Below the pieces are notes generated by a model. That model did no database searches and had not been told where the DNA came from. It was given only the letters and a program-made list of their open reading frames with translations. The position numbers were made by a program, and so were the translations under genes. 64,000 bases of DNA. It comes from Porphyridium purpureum. Taxonomy: Eukaryota. Position 1 is the stretch's first letter; every line of letters begins with the position of its first letter. The stretch covers positions 1,178,001-1,242,000 of the forward strand of contig VRMN01000002.1 of NCBI GenBank assembly GCA_008690995.1. The letters run 5' to 3'. Shown here piece by piece: positions 60,867 through 64,000 of this stretch.

Positions 60867-62033
60867 TCACTGGTCTGCGCGCTCAATGCAGCGCTCGAGC
60901 TCCGTGTCGGAGGCCGGCTGAATCAGAATGTCGTCAATCGTCCAGCACCGGAGACGGTCCTTCGTAAACGTAAAGGTGAGGCGGTAGCCGAAATCGTCGA
61001 CGCTGAAGAAGTACGTGCACAGCTCCGCAGACCGCCCGTCCTCGCTGACGCGCGGCTCCTCAGCAATCGCGTACTCGGCAATCGACCTCAGCAAGTGCCA
61101 GCGGCTGTTGTGCTGGAAAAAGGCTGCCAGCGATTCCGCGCTCAGATCCGGGTCCTTGTTCGCAAAGCTCATCAGGTGGAGCACCGTCTCGCACATCTGT
61201 GGTGACATGAAGTCCAGCAGCACTTGGCAGCCATGGTGGAGCGTCGGCGAGTCCATGCAGCGCAGCGCAGACATAACATACATGGCCACCTGCGAAGGAT
61301 CATGCGCGGACGAAGGCTTCATCTTCTCCTGACCGCGCGGCAGCGACGGCTTCGTCAGGTACTGCGGACCGTCAATAAACAAACGCGCGTCAAACTCTTC
61401 GAGCTTCTCATCCACGCAAAAGTCGCGGATTTTCCACTCGCCGGATTTCAGGTCCTTCGTGAGCGTCCAGTGGACAGCGCGCGCCACATCATCCGCCAGA
61501 AGCACCGACGTGATCGTGCACGGCATGAAGCCCAGCACAGACGCCGCTTCGTCCGTGCCCTCCAGAAATTCAAATTCGCGCACGTTGAGCAGAATGGAGC
61601 GGTATCCGTTTGCGCCGAGGTACTTGATGTACGTATCTACGTCAAGCTGGTCCCAGTATGGATTGTGCTCGACGATCTGTCCCATCTCCGCCATATACTC
61701 TGGCGACGCAAACTGGAACAGCGTCTTGACAGCCGACCGGTGCACTTCTTGGCCGAGTTCGCCCTCGCGCCGCTGAAACGCACCCAGCACAGACGTCACC
61801 ACCGCCTTGGGGCTCATCAACATCAGCTCCTGCGGCACCACCCAGCTTGACTCACCGGAACTCTCGTCCGCGGCCGTCATGCGCAGCACCGCTCGACGCG
61901 CCAACCCGCGCGTCCGTCCCGGGGCGCACGCCAGCAGCGCACCGCCCCATTCTCTGGCGCACACATGTCTCTTTTGCGTCACGACCTTGTCACCCACGAG
62001 ACGCCCAGCTGAGCACTGAAAAGCAACGTGCAT
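60867..62033 (-). CDS. Predicted plastid protein with two tandem copies of an uncharacterised domain
   Basis: Transit-like MHVAFQ start; repeats SPKAVVTSVLGAF...LFQFASP...W.I.D and DPSQVAMYVMSAL...LLDFMSP...W.IDD. Confidence 0.68.
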   Translation of the reverse strand: MHVAFQCSAGRLVGDKVVTQKRHVCAREWGGALLACAPGRTRGLARRAVLRMTAADESSGESSWVVPQELMLMSPKAVVTSVLGAFQRREGELGQEVHRSAVKTLFQFASPEYMAEMGQIVEHNPYWDQLDVDTYIKYLGANGYRSILLNVREFEFLEGTDEAASVLGFMPCTITSVLLADDVARAVHWTLTKDLKSGEWKIRDFCVDEKLEEFDARLFIDGPQYLTKPSLPRGQEKMKPSSAHDPSQVAMYVMSALRCMDSPTLHHGCQVLLDFMSPQMCETVLHLMSFANKDPDLSAESLAAFFQHNSRWHLLRSIAEYAIAEEPRVSEDGRSAELCTYFFSVDDFGYRLTFTFTKDRLRCWTIDDILIQPASDTELERCIERADQ

Positions 62034-63101
62034 GATGTTGCTATCTTGGCCTCTCCACTTTGCACGCACCACCGCCCTTGCGGCTCTTCCGGTCAGACCA
62101 AAAGCGAGCTGCCGAAAACCTCGGAATAAACAAACCGCCTGCTCTTTCTCAATCTTTCTCACCAGCCAATGTGTGCCTCGAGTCTCGGCATGTGCCTACC
62201 CTGACAAAGCACGTCAGCCGTGCGCGCGCGCGTTCTTATACCGCGGATGGCGTGAGGCGAATGTGGCGAGCCAACTGGATAAGCTTGCGGCCAGACGCGC
62301 CACCACGAGTGCGACAACACGAGCGTTAGGCAACGGCAGGGCATGCGAAGCCTGCTAAGAACCGGTCCTTTTTGCACTGCGGAATGTGGCTACAGATCCA
62401 CATTCGCATCCACCGCCCCTACACCCTCGCAGCCTCGATGCACGCGAACAAAACGGGAAAAACGCTCCAAATTGTGGTGGCGCTTCCAGGCCACCTTTTC
62501 CCCTGACTGCCGTCGCTACTCAAAAGACAGCGGTTTCATATGATATCGCCACGTGTCCAATCAAACAGTGCCAGTTTATGGGAACCTGGAAAGAGACCGG
62601 ACGAAGTACAGCTCGCGCGTCGCTCGGAGTGCTGGGGGTACAGTGGCTGGAATGCGGTTCGGTTCAAACATTGGCGGCCGTTATTGGAACCCTAACGGTT
62701 TACGGAGTATCGCAGGTTGCGCGAGGTGGTGGGGCAGCTGGTGTTGTTCGTGCCGCGCAAGTGCAGCCATGGCACGGTTGCGGCGCCGCGGGTGCGTCGT
62801 CGTTGTGCCAGACTGCTGCTGCCACGGTCACGATGGCAGCTGATGGTGGTGGTGGTCGTCGTCATCGTCGTGACAATGATGATATTTGCGTCGCGAAGGT
62901 AAGGCGCCAGTACGGCGGGCTGCACATGTTCTGTGATGCGATGGACTAGGAGAATCACATCGCGCGCGAAAGTATGGTCAGCGCTCATCGCTGGACAGAG
63001 CTCGGCCACCATCGTGCCCGGTGGGAAAAAGTTGGAAGAGCGCAAAGGCCGCGCTGGCCTCTTTCCTTGGCTGAGAAGAAAAACTGCGAACGGACGCAGA
63101 C

Positions 63102-63662
63102 ATGTCCCCTGAAGCGTCGCGCACGTGCTTGATTCCTGAGCTCCTGGTGGGTCAAAGGCTCCCAGAGGTGGGATTCGTTTTCGAAGTGACTCCAAGTGAC
63201 GCGTGGGAGCTGGTGTGGAATCACGTGTTCAAATGGGATTTCGTCGCTGGCAAGGTTGAAACAAATTGCAGGCGGCAGGCCATCGATTGTATCATACCAC
63301 TGGCCCCTGGAGTGAACTTGTGCGTCACTTCTGTCGGTACGGCGCACGCTGGAAGACTCATTGTACACTTTTATACTCGCTCGGGTGAGCCGAGCTCGTA
63401 CGCAAAGTGGAGAAGCGAGTTCGACTCGCCTGCGCCGTGCATGATCGGGGCAAGTGCGATGCCCTGCGATGCTCCGCTGCTCTCTCGGCAGACGACTGTG
63501 CAGCTTGAAAATGGCGTCCAGTGTTCCTTGCTATGCCTCAGAGTCTCGTATCTGACCTCAGGAACCTCAACCCGTTCAAATTGCGTGGTTGTGTTCTCGC
63601 AACCGCCATCAAGCGAGTGCGAAGAGCCGTGCACTCCTGAAAGGAATGAAGAGTTCGTGTGA
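63102..63662 (+). CDS. Possible hypothetical protein (186 aa) or gene fragment
   Basis: ATG-initiated ORF with globular-like composition; no recognised motif. Confidence 0.25.
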   Translation: MSPEASRTCLIPELLVGQRLPEVGFVFEVTPSDAWELVWNHVFKWDFVAGKVETNCRRQAIDCIIPLAPGVNLCVTSVGTAHAGRLIVHFYTRSGEPSSYAKWRSEFDSPAPCMIGASAMPCDAPLLSRQTTVQLENGVQCSLLCLRVSYLTSGTSTRSNCVVVFSQPPSSECEEPCTPERNEEFV

Positions 63663-64000
63663 TGACTTTGCGTCGTAGAAGTGCGGAAGCTGACCACGTC
63701 TGGACCTCCAATGGGATTTGCAGCCCGCAGCGAACGATCCTAAAGAAGATCACCAGGGGGTTCTAACCGGTTTACGACCGAGCGTATCCTACATGCCGTG
63801 ACAACAGTCCGCACGAAGTTTTAGATGGATTCAGATTGCGAGAATCGAAATCTAAGCAACAGCAATAAAAGTCCCAGCCGAGACATATGATCTCGGTGTC
63901 AAGCTGCATATTCCGCGAACCTCTGAGAATATCTGTTTCGCAAGCCCATCTCTACTCATGTCCTCGGTTGCATGATGACTGCCGCCGCTCGCATGTCGAG

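Noticed and set aside
62386..62949. Overlapping ORFs at 62386-62949 and 62553-62843
   Set aside because: No recognisable motifs and low-complexity GGT/CGT runs; cannot be supported as genes.
1..64000. CRISPR arrays, rRNA or tRNA genes, prokaryotic operons
   Set aside because: No regularly spaced repeats or recognisable structural RNA genes were seen, and the gene content is eukaryotic. Small ncRNAs cannot be excluded by eye.

Overview
Gene-dense, nearly intron-free eukaryotic nuclear DNA. Intergenic gaps are short, only one clear GT-AG intron was found, and several N-termini resemble plastid transit peptides (MAF-like). This is most consistent with a unicellular red alga such as Porphyridium; that is inferred, not verified. 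About 31 host genes are present, including KNL2/M18BP1, an MFS transporter, pyruvate kinase, DRG1, MMAA/MeaB, a ubinuclein-like protein, AsnA, thioredoxin, NO66, MCCC2, a TBC1D23-like protein, bS18m, a scramblase and RRP1. There is one intact, apparently very young Ty1/copia element (14268-19029) with 363-bp LTRs that look identical and an AATGA target-site duplication. The most notable observations are: (1) the copia polyprotein carries a Myb/SANT-like domain between integrase and RT, its ORF overlaps both LTRs, its termini are TG...GA, and it uses a half-tRNA primer site; (2) a single-chain DUG3-DUG2 fusion (GATase II + WD40 + degenerate M20); (3) a Wntless/TMEM181-like membrane domain fused to a class 3 lipase; (4) a ubinuclein/Hpc2 HUN domain fused to a BRCT-like domain. 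All family calls come from motif recognition by eye; no database searches were run.
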